Shown: positions 29,768 to 41,818 of the stretch, piece by piece | Layout: each line of letters opens with the position of its first letter | How positions within the stretch are numbered: the first letter of the stretch is position 1 | Source of the DNA: Eledone cirrhosa | Taxonomy: Eukaryota | Length of the DNA: 64,000 nucleotides | Assembly (NCBI GenBank): GCA_964016885.1 | Contig: OZ024754.1 | Span: 28,644,001 to 28,708,000 of the forward strand | Direction of reading: 5' to 3' | Position numbers and translations under genes: made by a program | Notes under the pieces: model-generated | Seen by the model: only the letters and a program-made list of their open reading frames with translations | What the model was told of the DNA's origin: nothing | Database searches by the model: none

Positions 29768-30029
29768 GGGGATTCCTTTCTTTGTTTCTGTGCCTTTCCT
29801 TTCTTCTATCCTACGCCAATCTGTTTCTGTGTGTGTGTTGTGTGCTCAGTTTGCGCATGCGCCACATCCGGGTGTCTGTGTGTGTTTGTGTTCATTTATC
29901 TATTTGTTTATTTATTTATTTATTTATTGTTGGTTGGTTGTTTGTTCTATGTGTGTGTGTGTTTTCATTTTGTCCTGTGTGTGTTTTCATTTTGTCCTTA
30001 ATTGTAAGTTGTGATGTTGCTGTTCCACT

Positions 30030-30062
<33 letters not shown>

Positions 30063-30064
<2 letters not shown>

Positions 30065-30485
30065 ACTTATTAGCAAGACATACCCATTCCAAAGACCCTC
30101 ATGTATAGATAAGAAATGTATAACCTGTAAAATAAGCCCCCATATTAACTGTAAAACTAGAAATGTAGTGTATAGCATAAGATGTACTGAAGGACAATGT
30201 AGAAACAAAAATATAGTGTACATAGGTGAGACAGCTCGTAGTATAGGGGAACGAATAAATAAACACTGGCGAGACCTCCAAGATAATAAAGAATCATCTG
30301 TGCTCTACCAACATGCTAAGATAGAACACAGGGGTAGATTAGAGAGCATAGAAATAAAAATAGAATCTACACACAGAAAAGACGCAATGTTTAGGCAAAT
30401 TACAGAGGCAGTAAGCATAAAAGAATTAAAACCAAAATTAAATAGAAAATATGAGTGGAACAGCAACATCACAACTTACAATTAA
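30063..30485 (+). CDS. C-terminal Cys-rich linker + GIY-YIG endonuclease of a Penelope-like element (5'-truncated)
   Basis: Open frame TLISKTYPFQRPSCIDKKCITCKISPHINCKTRNVVYSIRC...VYIGETARSIGERINKH...LYQH..IEH...RQITEAVSIKELKPKLNRKYEW. It shows the VVY/YIG motifs, catalytic R/E/N positions and a Cys-rich linker like Neptune-type elements. Confidence 0.9.
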
Positions 30486-30786
30486 GGACAAAATGAAAAC
30501 ACACACAGGACAAAATGAAAACACACACACACATAGAACAAACAACCTACAATTAAGGACAAAATGAAAACACGCACAGGACAAAATGAAAACACACACA
30601 CACATAGAACAAACAACCAACCAACAATAAATAAATAAATAAATAAACAAATAGATAAATGAACACAAACACACACAGACACCCGGATGTGGCGCATGCG
30701 CAAACTGAGCACACAACACACACACAGAAACAGATTGGCGTAGGATAGAAGAAAGGAAAGGCACAGAAACAAAGAAAGGAATCCCC

Positions 30787-30831
30787 AGTCACTGAAGAGG
30801 TCACAGAGTGTGTGACGAAAGGACTATGACT
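30787..30831 (+). ncRNA. Hammerhead ribozyme (family B)
   Basis: AGTCA-CTGAAGA-G-GTCACA gagtg TGTGAC-GAAA-GGAC-TA-TGACT: perfect stems I and II and a minimal stem III. Confidence 0.85.
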
Positions 30832-30989
30832 ATATATAAACAACTATCTGGTTGTGGAACCAACCAACCAACCAGAAATTTATGAGTTTGTAAATTTGTA
30901 AATTTATAAATTTATAAATATATAATAAATTGAAGTGAAAGCAAGTGGTGCGTGTGTTTCTTATTGGCAACATGACCCTCCCAAAGTAT

Positions 30990-31033
<44 letters not shown>

Positions 31034-31109
31034 GGAAAAAATGAAATTTCATTTCTCACTCTTAGTATGGCTGATACTTAAATATAAGTATGTATACGTA
31101 CATACTTAT

Positions 31110-31965
31110 ATGATGATAATGGTAATGATGAGGATAATGATAATGATGGTTATGATGATAATGATGGAAATGATGGTAATGATGGTTATGATGGTAATGA
31201 TGATGATAATGATGGTAATGATGGTTATGATGGTAATGATGATGATAATGATGGTAATGATGGTTATGATGGTAATGATGAGGATAATGATAATGATGAT
31301 AATGATGGTAATGATGAGGATAATGATAATGATGATAATGATGGTTATGATGATAATGATGATGATAATGATGGTTATGATGGTAATGATGAGGATAATG
31401 ATGGTTATGAAGGTAATGATGATAATGATGGTTATGATGGTAATGATGATAATGATGGTAATGATGATAATGATGATAATGATGATAATGATGATAATGA
31501 TGGTAATGATGAGGATAATGATGGTTATGAAGGTAATGATGATAATGATGGTTATGATGGTAATTATGATAATGATGGTAATGATGATAATGATGATAAT
31601 GATGGTAATGATGAGGATAATGATGGTTATGAAGGTAATGATGATAATGATGGTTATGATGGTAATTATGATGGTAATGATGATAATGATGATAATGATG
31701 GTAATGATGATAATGATGGTAATGATGATTATGATGGTAATGATGGTTATGATGGTAATGATGATAATGATGGTAATGATGATAATGATGGTTATGATGG
31801 TAGTGATGGTAATGATGATGAGGATAATGATGGTAATGATGCTAATGATGATAATGATGGTAATGGTGGTAATGATGATAATGATGGTAATGATGATGAT
31901 AATGATGGTAGTGATGGTAATGAGGATAATAATGATAATGATGGTTATGATAATGATGAGGATAA
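31110..31965. repeat. Compound (ATG)n-derived microsatellite (ATG/ATA/GTA/GTT)
   Basis: Direct reading; it produces the M/I/V-only ORFs. Confidence 0.95.
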
Positions 31966-32360
31966 CCATAGAGGAGTGGTTCTTGAAACTTCCTCATTTT
32001 TGATATTGTTGAATTTAATCATGTAACTTTCTCCCTCCTCCAAAAACTATCAATGAATAGCAACTGTCATAAATGAGAAACATACAAGATATCCTATAGT
32101 TTATATCTAAAACTAATTATTATGTAACATATCAAGATAATTAGCTGAATAATTAGAATTAGGTGGATGGAGAGAGCAGGGTTGAGGAATTATTTTGCAA
32201 GCTATAAAGTGTTCACAAATAAATCACAATTAACTGAACATTTCAATAAGTGCTGCTAAATATGTTTTGGCAGATCTTATGGATATTGATTGCCTTTTGT
32301 ATTTATTTCAAATATCATTCCTTAGTGGTTGCTGGTTGTTAAAGGAAAAACATGCTAGAT

Positions 32361-32560
32361 CAGTGGTTGCCAACCAGTGGTCTGCGGACCAGTGGTTGTC
32401 AACCAGTAGTCTGCGGTCCAGTGTGCCGAGAGAAAATTTTGGTGGTCCTCAGAAAAATTTTAATGTATTTATCTTTTTAAAAAATTTCATATTAGTGGTC
32501 TGTGGGATTTAAAATTAGGAATTTAGTGGTCCATGATGTCTGAAAGGCTGGTGACTGCTG
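32361..32560. mobile_element. hAT-type MITE
   Basis: Imperfect TIRs CAGTGGTTGCCAACC / GGCTGGTGACTGCTG with an exact 8-bp TSD TGCTAGAT (32353-60 and 32561-68). Confidence 0.85.
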
Positions 32561-33311
32561 TGCTAGATGTTTGATTTGTATTGATCTTTTTGAAACAAAA
32601 CTCCTTGAAATAAACTCGGGTCCTATCACGCTAATTGTTTATTTTAAAGTGATTATATTCATCTAAACACCTTTGTAATTTTATGTAAGGACCTTGGTAA
32701 AGTTATATTCGAAACATTGAAAGTTGTATGTAATATCTTTCATTAGAAATATGGTAAAAAAATAAAGTGCTGACATATATCAAAAATTTAATGTCCTTCT
32801 TGTTCCTTATGGCACCAAAATAGTCACCCACAGTGTCATCTTGTATTTCCCTGAGAGTTATATTAAGGGTACATATGTCTGTGGAAAGTTCTGTCATATA
32901 ATATAACAATACCAATTTTACCTGTAATTCAAAGGATTAGCTTTGTCTCACACAGTATCACACTGAATCACCATAAAAATTACATTATGGGTACATATGT
33001 ATGTGGAATGATTAGCCACTTACAATAAACTGCCCAGTTCATCTCACAATTGGAATACACATCATCAAAAGTGAGGGTGGTCAATTTATATTTGATATTT
33101 GTGTAATAAATCTGAATGGTTTCTGTGCACACAATTTCTTTCGGGATTGAATTGATAATACCTGGATGTTATTTTTTTTTTTTTTTTTTGTTTATTGAAA
33201 TGAGTTCATCTATATTATATTAATATAATTGAATTTATATATACCTTACAGTTGTTTCATATTCTAGGAAGACAGAGAGGGCGTATTATTAAGAATGTAT
33301 ATATGTGTGTA

Positions 33312-33347
<36 letters not shown>

Positions 33348-33352
<5 letters not shown>

Positions 33353-33506
33353 GTGGTTACACAACAGTTAGTTCACCATACTGAGAACAATTGTTTCACC
33401 ATAGCGGATCCTCAGCTCATAATGGACATGGTTATACGGCATATAACCATGTCATTACGAGCTGAGGATCCGCTATGGTGAACTAACTGTTGTGTAACCA
33501 CTTCTA
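33348..33506. mobile_element. Fold-back hairpin with hammerhead motif (family C), abutting (TA)n, unique tail to ~33570
   Basis: TAGAAGTGGTTACACAACAG...ACATGGTTATA cggca TATAACCATGT...CTGTTGTGTAACCACTTCTA. The right arm lacks 23 nt between TATGGTGAA direct repeats. Confidence 0.88.
33379..33421 (-). ncRNA. Minimal hammerhead ribozyme (family C)
   Basis: Minus strand: UAUGAG-CUGAGGA-uCCgcuauGGu-GAAA-CAAUUG-UU-CUCAGUA. Stem III (AACAAUUGUU) is palindromic; stem II is weak. Confidence 0.65.
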
Positions 33507-33570
33507 CCTAACTCGTCCCATGGACTAAGTGCTCTACCACTACGGATATTACCTTCCAGTGTTCTACCAC

Positions 33571-33650
33571 TATCATCATCATCATTATCACCGTTTTACG
33601 TCCGTTCTTCCAGGCTAGCATGGGTTAGACGGGTTGTCCTGTTGTGGGCA
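33571..33650 (-). mobile_element. RTE LINE 3' tail fragment
   Basis: Reverse complement of ~53786-53865, including the (ATG)n tail. Confidence 0.85.
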
Positions 33651-33777
33651 ATATATATATATATATTAATAATAAATACAAAGACCAAAATCTGAAGTGT
33701 GGGCTCAATATTTATATTGTGTGTGTGTGTGTATATATGTTGGTATATGTATGTATGTAAGTTGGTATGTATATGTG

Positions 33778-34100
33778 TGTGTGCAATGTATGCAGCCGGT
33801 TTTGTCTATCAAGAGCTGGATTTGTCAACCATCTGAAGTCACATGAGCCATGGAAAAATCGATCCACTTATGAGATGGTGCTACTGCCACACACTTTATG
33901 GTACATTTGCAATGAATGTGGCTTAATTTGCAAGTCAGCTGGTGGACTATCCAGGTATGGTAGAATGCCAGGTATGGTAGAAAGGCAGACAGTTCAAGTG
34001 TCACATCTGTGAACATATCTGCAAAACAAAAGCTGGTCTGAAAAGTCACCTGTGTGCACATGATTGTACAACGTTCAATGAAGGGATGGCATTCTTCTGA
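33778..34100 (+). pseudogene. Frameshifted triple C2H2 zinc-finger remnant, probably the C-terminus of an RTE-clade LINE
   Basis: CNVCSRFCLSRAGFVNHLKSH; CNECGLICKSAGGLSRY; and, in a shifted frame, FKCHICEHICKTKAGLKSHLCAH. Flanked by (TG)n. Confidence 0.65.
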
Positions 34101-35059
34101 CAAGAAGTAGCAATCAACATGTGTGAGTGTGTGTGTTACCAATTCTACCTTAATCAAACATTGTTATATTATGAAAAAAAAATAATCCAAAATTACTGAT
34201 GCCAATTTTAAAAGTGTCTTTCATATTTTCTTTATGTCAGCATTTCTTATTAAAAACCAAAGAATTGGTTAAAACGGAGAAGAAGAATAAAAAGAAAGGA
34301 ACTCATTTTGTATTTTTTGGTTTTAGATTGTTGAATAAATATTAATGTAGGGCTTTGTAAGAAAAATTGAAAGTAATGTTGAACAGTTTGGTTTCTATGT
34401 GATGATATGAATAGTATAACCTGTAATAATAATAATGTTAATAATAATAATTGTGGGAGTAATAAAATGGTCATAGTAGTAGTAATAATAAAAATAACAG
34501 TAATTGCACTATTAAAAAATAGTAGTAGTAGTAATACTAGGAGTGGTAGTGTTAGTAATAAAATAATTGTAGTAGTAGTAACAGCAATAACAATAAAATA
34601 GTAGTAGTAATAATAGTAGGACTGGTAGTTCTATATTTAGTTGTAGTAGTAGTAGTAGTAGTAGTGGCTGCGACAGCAGCAATGATCATGTCTTTACATA
34701 AAAAACAGTTTTTTTATACCCATTTAGGTTATTAAAAAATTTGATGAATGTTTCTTGGCACTTACATGGAGACTTTGAAGACAACAATGTAAATATGATT
34801 TCTTGGAAAGAAACAGAATTTAAGTTTTACTTTTTATCCAATATTGGAGACTTGCATCTATTTTTATCCATTAATTATAATCCCTTTGTTACCATGAAAG
34901 ACACTGCCTATTCATTTCAAATCATTTTGAAAATAATCAACAGTTTGGAAGGATTTAGTAATATAACTAATGTTCTCAGTATTAAGCTGTTGTTTGGAAC
35001 ATAGCATAAATTCATACATAAATTATGATGGGAGGTTTTTAAACATCTATAAACACTAA

Positions 35060-35267
35060 CCATTTACCATTTACATTACTCTATATTTCCTATTATATTT
35101 TCACAGTAAAGGCTTTATCTCACATAATATCAAATCTATGAGATTTTGATATTATTTATTTTGACATCAAAACCTTAACATCAGTATGAGTAGCAAGTTA
35201 CAACCGGTTTGAACAGAAAGAGTTGAGAGAATTCTGGCCAGACACAGCCAGTTTAAATGCTAAATGG
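35060..35267. mobile_element. TTAA MITE copy, nested in an older degenerate TTAA-ended repeat (~34880-35330)
   Basis: Homologous to 27369-27560. The flanks resemble 37231-37484, 39880-40150 and 57066 onward. Confidence 0.75.
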
Positions 35268-35365
35268 TTAAAACAGCTTTATATTGTAGAATCTGAGGTA
35301 GTTTCAGACAGTTTGATATCAAAATAGTTAATGTTGTAGTTGTATTTCAAATCATTTGATGAAAT

Positions 35366-35740
35366 AATTGTTTCTACTTTTGGCACAAGGCCAGCAATTA
35401 TCCCAGTACATTACTGGTACTTTATTTTATCGACCACGTAAGGATGAAAGGCAAAGTTAACCTCGGCGGGATTTGAACACAGTTCGTAAAGGGGCGTAGC
35501 TATGCTGGAAAGCATGTCGTCGAACCCCCTACCGATACTGCCAATCCAGATGAAATAATTATTTCTACTTTTGGCACAAGGCCAGCAATTACTCAGTACA
35601 TTACTGGTACTTTATTTTATCGACCCCGTAAGGATGAACGGCAAAGTTAAGCTCGACAGGATTTGAACTCAAGCCGCAAAGGGACGTAACTCTGCTAGAA
35701 AGCATGGCGTCCAACCCTCTACTGATACTGCCAATTCACC
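35366..35740 (-). mobile_element. Two tandem near-full-length SINE family A copies
   Basis: 35366-35549 and 35555-35740 both contain the tRNA-like head (TGGCAGTATCRGTAG...TTCAAATCC), the central domain and the tail. Confidence 0.85.
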
Positions 35741-36056
35741 AAATCCTAGAATGTCTCCCTTAAACTGCCAAATATTTGACTAACTTTTATTACTGCAAAT
35801 TGGCAGAGATGTAAGGGTGTTGGAAAGAATACTTTGCATTTATTTTTTCTGACTATCTATGCACAGGGTTCAAATCCCTTTTGTCTTTCAACCTTTGAGG
35901 GTCGATAAACAAAGCTCCAATCCAAGGGGTGGTGGATTGGCAACATTATTAAAAATGTTGAGTGAAATGCTTTGTTGTGTATGTTCAGAGTTCATACATT
36001 TTTCAAATCCCACTTCCTCCTACCAAGAGTTGCAACTATTAGTTAGTATCATCAAT

Positions 36057-36398
36057 GGAGGCACATGGCTTAGTGGTTAGAGGGTTGGCCTTGCAATCGA
36101 AAGGTTGTGAGTTCAATTCTCAGACCGGGTGATGTGTTGTTTCCTTGAGCAAGACACTTTATTTCACATTGCTCCAGTTTACTCAGCTGTAGAAATGAGA
36201 TGATAGGGACTGGGGTCCCTATCATTCCACTGCAAAGTGGACGTGTAGGTGCCACGGCAATAAAGCACTCAGCACTCACTGTAAATGAGGTTGGTGTTAG
36301 GAAGGGCATCTAGCTGTAGAAATCAAGCTAGAATCAGTTCCCGTCCCACCCATGCAAGCAGGGAAAAGTGGACGTAAAATGAAATGATGATGATGATG
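36057..36398 (+). mobile_element. tRNA-derived SINE family B with RTE-derived 3' tail
   Basis: A-box TGGCTTAGTGG, B-box GAGTTCAATTC, central TCCTTGAGCAAGACACTTT. The tail is shared with the RTE 3' ends (53600-53750 and 22148-22210) and ends in (ATG)n. Confidence 0.9.
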
Positions 36399-36880
36399 GT
36401 GAATGGAAAGACCAATGGAAATATTGTTTCCTTGGTCCAATCTGACAATTAGTTCTTTGCTTTTCATAGAGAATTAGCAGAGTACTTTGTGATATAGATT
36501 CTGACTCTCTGTATTCAGAGTTCAAATTCCTTTGAAGTCAATGTTATCTTTCAACATTTTGGGGTCAATAAATAAAGTACCAATTGAGGAGTGATGGATT
36601 CGCAGAATTATTAAAGGGGTGGACAAGATGCGTTGAGGTATTTGTTCAGGCTCTGTGTGTTCTGGTTTTAAATCCTATCTCTCCTGTCACCAAGGTAATG
36701 AGGCTTCTGCCAGCAACTGACAAGTAGTATCATAAATCAAAAGACCAATAGAAGCATAATTTCCTTTATCCGATTTGTCTCTTACATCATAATACATGAT
36801 AGATTATACCTGTTATTCAAAGGGCTAGCCATGTCACAAACACACACATTGCCATGATGAATCTTCATGAGAATAATGTG

Positions 36881-37082
36881 TTACTCTATATATACTATTA
36901 TATTTTTGTGGTAAAGGCTTTACCTCACATAATTATCTCACATAATATCCAATCTATGAGATTTTAATATTATTTATTTTGAGAACAATACCTTAATGTC
37001 AGTATGAGTGACTGGTTATGGCTGGTTTGAACAGAAAGAGGTGAGAGAATTCTAACTATACGGCCAGTTTAAATGCTAAAGG
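36881..37082. mobile_element. TTAA MITE copy (left end missing)
   Basis: Homologous to 27369-27560; ends AAATGCTAAAGGTTAA. Confidence 0.75.
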
Positions 37083-37671
37083 TTAAAGGAATATGTATTT
37101 GTGGAATTCTTAGCCACTGGTACATTAATTTCAAGAGTAGGCTATTCCATTGTCTGATGAAGGTTTATTCCATTAGTCTTACATATGACCTTTCTTCTTA
37201 GATAACACTTGATTTAAGTTCAATTTATTTAACCCATTTGCTACCATATTTCTTAGGAAAATGCTGCCTAAGATTTTGAAATAATTCTGAAAACAATCAA
37301 GAATTTGGATAGATTTAATAATGTAATTTAACTAATATTAATGAGCTGGTGTTTGGAACATAACAAAGGTTTTGTCAAATTATAATGAGAGGTTTTTAGA
37401 TTAATATAAACACTTTAAAATAAACAGCTTTGTATTATAGAACCATGTTTTATTTATAGTTTTTGTGTGTATGAAAAGAGTTAAATGTCAAGCCATAGAA
37501 AAGCTTTGCATAATGTTATTGTCCACATCTTAATGGCAATAACATTAAAACTTCATTTTATTCCTCCTTTATTGAATCTTCCATTTAGAAGAATGTCTTT
37601 CTACTGTATTTTCTTGGTTAGATTCTATATATATATATTTTTTTCTTGGTTAGATTCTATATATATATATA

Positions 37672-37737
<66 letters not shown>

Positions 37738-37773
37738 TTTCTTGGTTAGATTCTATATATATATATATATATA

Positions 37774-37824
<51 letters not shown>

Positions 37825-38613
37825 CTCTCTCCCTCGCTCTCTCTAAGCATGTTGTTTTCGTTTTGTGTTTAATTCTTTCTACATGTGATTCTGGTAAACA
37901 ATTCTAATAAAAAATATATTTTATTTTCTAATTAATCTTTCTAAATCTTCCGTCCATTTGTCAAGATATCCTGACAGCAGTCTTTGTTCCGTAATGTTAG
38001 ATTTCTCATCTAAAGGTTTATTTCTCATGCCCAAGCTGCTTCATTATTTTCCTTTAAATTAATATTAAATCCTTAGAGCATTAAATATTCATGAAACACC
38101 CATCCTTATTAACAAAAGAGGTACACTACTATCGTACCTTCTACATGGGATTTTTCCTCATTAGTAATTCTGATGATTGATGTTGTAATTGAATGTGATG
38201 ATTTAATTTCTTACATAAAGTTAGAGAAATTACTTACCTATAGTTTCTTATGTACATGGTGATGTTTTTTTTAAGAATCCCATTTTCAGAACTGTATTTT
38301 ATTTGGCCAGTGATTTCATCTGGGAACATGTGTTGGAACTGAGTCAATTACATCGCGCAAGAATCACTATAATAATATAACACACATGCACAGGCACACA
38401 CCATACATATACACACACACTGTTATATTCACTCTTTATTCCATTGTGGCAAAAGTCTATCACACCTCTGCTGTCTGATCACTGATACAATACCATTGCA
38501 GTGAGTCCAGAAAAATAGATATAACATTTTCTTGTGAATTGTTTAAAATAGCTAAGCTAACTCTTCCATAATGTAATCCTATTTTCTTACACCAACAAAC
38601 ATATTAGCACTAA

Positions 38614-38830
38614 CATATTAGCATTTAACTGGCCATATCCGGCCAGAATTCTCTCAACTATTTTTGTTCAAACTGGCCGTAACTGGCCACTCATACTGAT
38701 ATTAAGGTATTGTCCTAAAAATAAATTATATAAAAATTTCATAGATTCGATATTATGTGAGGTAATGTGCGGTAAAACCTTTCCTGTGAAAATACAATAC
38801 TAAATATAGAGTAATATAAATGGTAAAGGG
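38614..38830. mobile_element. TTAA MITE copy, opposite orientation
   Basis: Reverse complement of the family; ends AAATGGTAAAGGG|TTAA. Confidence 0.78.
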
Positions 38831-40489
38831 TTAACTAAACCCGTTTGGGCTAATTGGTTTCTTTTATGGTTAAATTGTTAAACTGGAACAATTAAAGTAA
38901 GGGCATGCTACACATTATATTACTTAGAACTGTGTGTGTATTTTGTAATGCATGACTAATAGATAGAGAAAGGGCTAGAGGCAAATATTTCCTATGCCAA
39001 AACAAACATTGATATTGTCATTTTGAAGTTTTTTGTAAAACAACAACAAGCCCTCTGAGTTGGTCTGTTTTATTTTTCAGCACATCTCTCTTGTTATCCT
39101 CTGGTGTAACACATTTGCCATTCTTTCAGTTGGTATCATGGAGAAAGAAAGCTAACATTTGTTCTTACTATTTTATGAATATGATAGGACTGGTAGTTTC
39201 TATCATTAAAACACCTGAGAAATCCATGAAATGCAATCTTGTGAGGTATGAACTGTAACAACAAAACTATGATAAGACTAGGTCTCCTATTAAAACATCT
39301 ATGAAACCTTCTATGAAATGCAACCTCATAGGAGACTAGCTAAACCTAAATAGATATTAGCTCTAGCAACAAAAACATGATAGAACACGTGAGAAACCAT
39401 GAGATGCAACCTCATAGCAGACCAGCTAAATCTATAAGTGTGAGCTGAAACTTCATTTTGATTTTATTTTTTTAAATTGATATATAATAAGCACAACAAG
39501 ATGGGTTTACTCAATAGAAAATGAGAAACAAGTTATAATGCTATAATGACTGAATTATATTTGTTTCCAATATTTAGAATTTGACTTTAGTTGGATTCGT
39601 AAAATGAGCAAAGATATATATGACCTGTTTATTAGGAATTAGGCAATCCTTATTTGAAATAATTGGTTATATTTTAAACAATACCTTGTTGTGGATTACA
39701 CTAGCTCTTGCTCAGAATTATTTGGTTTATTTGAAGTATGGACTCTACAAAGTAGCAGAATCGCCCCCCCCCCCCCCCCACACACATTATTTGGGACCCA
39801 AGAGTAACTTTCTCATTATGTTAGTGTTTGGAACTTAACAGTGTTTTACGTGCAAATAGATAAATATGAACAATATACCCTTACCGCTTTTGACACCACC
39901 CTACCAGACACCGATTCTTTTATACAAAACTGTTTGTTTTAAAGTATTTTATTTAGATTTTAAACCAGTTTGCAAAAAAAAAAAAAGAAGAAAATATTAT
40001 ATAAGAAACTTCTGTTATGTTCTAGAAGACAGTTTCTTAATGGTGGAATTAGTTATATTACTAAATTCCTCCAAATTCTTGTCTATTTTAGAAATTAATT
40101 GAAATATATAGACAGTGTATTTCATGGGAAACAAGGTCATGAAAGGGTAAACTGACAGTTTTTAACTTCTAAAAGACTATGAAGTTTAGCCTAATGGCTA
40201 ATTAATTAGAAATTTCTTTTCTAAGCCAACTTTACAAAATAATAAATTAATTTGCTACTGGAAAGAACAAAAAATAAAGTAAAAATCAAACAAAAACTTG
40301 TATTACATGAGGAAAAAGTGTTTAAGGGTAATATATATTGATAAAGATTTTCTGTATTTAACAAACACCTTGAAATCTGTTCTTGACAGTCTTGTTAATC
40401 ATTCCTATTAAAATATTGAAGAAAGTATTTTAGTCCTCAAGTCAGTTTCATCATCGCCACAAACACCACAACCAGCACCACCACCACCA

Positions 40490-40800
40490 TCATGATTATA
40501 ATCATCATCATTGCTTTTACATCTATGATTTTATGTTCACCTTAGGTAGACAAGTTCTCTCCAGTACAACAGCTCTGTTTTTTAGTTTGTTTTCCTTTGG
40601 CATCTCCTTCTTGAGGTTCAATTTCTTGAGACCAGCTTCAACCATCTTTTGGTCTTCCACTTCCACAGCTTCCTTCCATATCAAACATCTGATACTTCTT
40701 CACCCAAATATTATCATCCATATGCATCACATGTCAGTATCAGCTCAATCTTCTCTCCTGCACACTACATCTGATTCCTTTTTATGTCCAGTTTTTCTCT
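40490..40800 (-). mobile_element. Degenerate RTE LINE 3' fragment
   Basis: (CAT)n start followed by diverged sequence similar to the reverse complement of the RTE ORF end (VQERR..WY.HVM.M). Confidence 0.6.
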
Positions 40801-41818
40801 TTTCAGCTCAGTTTTTCTCTTTTCTCGCTCAGGTTTTCATTTGTCCTTCTCTTTCTTTAGTTTCTTTCAACTTGGAACTCATAGCTATAGCTACTCATCA
40901 GTCATCATTACATGTCTATACCAGCCCACCCTTTGCTCCTGTACCTAGCTTTTCTCTCATCTCATCTGTGCTTCATCGTGTATGAACATTTATTTTCATC
41001 TCTGTTTAACTTCCATTTTTCCACGCTGCATGGGTTAGGCAAGTTATTCTTTGCAATGTATTATGTACAGATTTTAAAGGTGATTTTAATGACAAATACA
41101 TTCTAATTTGTTATTTAAATAAATCGACATTGCTATAAATATAGAATATAATTTTTGTGATATAGATTCTAAATTCTGTCTATGAAGACATTTGAATATC
41201 CACATTCCTAATGTCTTACTGACCTTGGAGTATATTGTTATAACAGCAGACAATCAATTACTTGGGAAACTTTCAGATTAAAGCTCTTTCCTTACCATAT
41301 TTCTAATGGTAAAGGCTTTAATTATGAAAATAATCAAGAATTTGGAGCAATTTAGATTGGCAATATCACCAATCGAAAGAAGAAGAGAAACATAGTTTCC
41401 CTGGTCCAATTTGACAATTGGCTCCTTTCCTTTTCAGTAAAATAACTTGTAGCATTCTCTAGACAAAGGGAAGTAGCTAGAATTACTTCCTGTAGATTTT
41501 CTAGAGTATTCCTTGAACTTCCGTTCTAGGAATTATAAAGGAGGGAGCAAAGAGCAATCTGCCTCTCTTTGGCTCTTGAACTGTTCACACACGAGTGCAA
41601 ATACACAAAAGTTTTTCTATATCTGTTATCTAATTAAATTAGTGGTTGGCATGCAGTGGTATTTACTGAAGTAAATAACCCTGTGACCAACTCACTAAAG
41701 TGGTGACCCAGATGTTTGAACATATAATTTCTCCTGACGTTTTGAAAAAGAAAATCATCTCTCTCGACCAAATTTTGTCTATGAGCATTCCTCGCTCGGC
41801 ATCCACCGTGTCACAGTA

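Larger units (their letters stand above)
29557..30997 (+). mobile_element. 5'-truncated Penelope-like element with inverted terminal repeat (left arm 29557-30032, right arm ~30451-30997) flanking a GIY-YIG ORF, inserted in (TA)n
   Basis: ~475-bp near-identical inverted arms (the right arm has an internal duplication), a poly(T) junction at 30032-30060, a GIY-YIG ORF and one hammerhead in each arm. Confidence 0.92.

Noticed and set aside
30945-32003. 352-aa Met-rich ORF and antisense Ile/Thr ORF
   Set aside because: Translation of an (ATG)n compound microsatellite.
36057-36130. tRNA gene
   Set aside because: The A/B boxes belong to a SINE head that continues into repeated SINE body; there is no clean cloverleaf or terminator.
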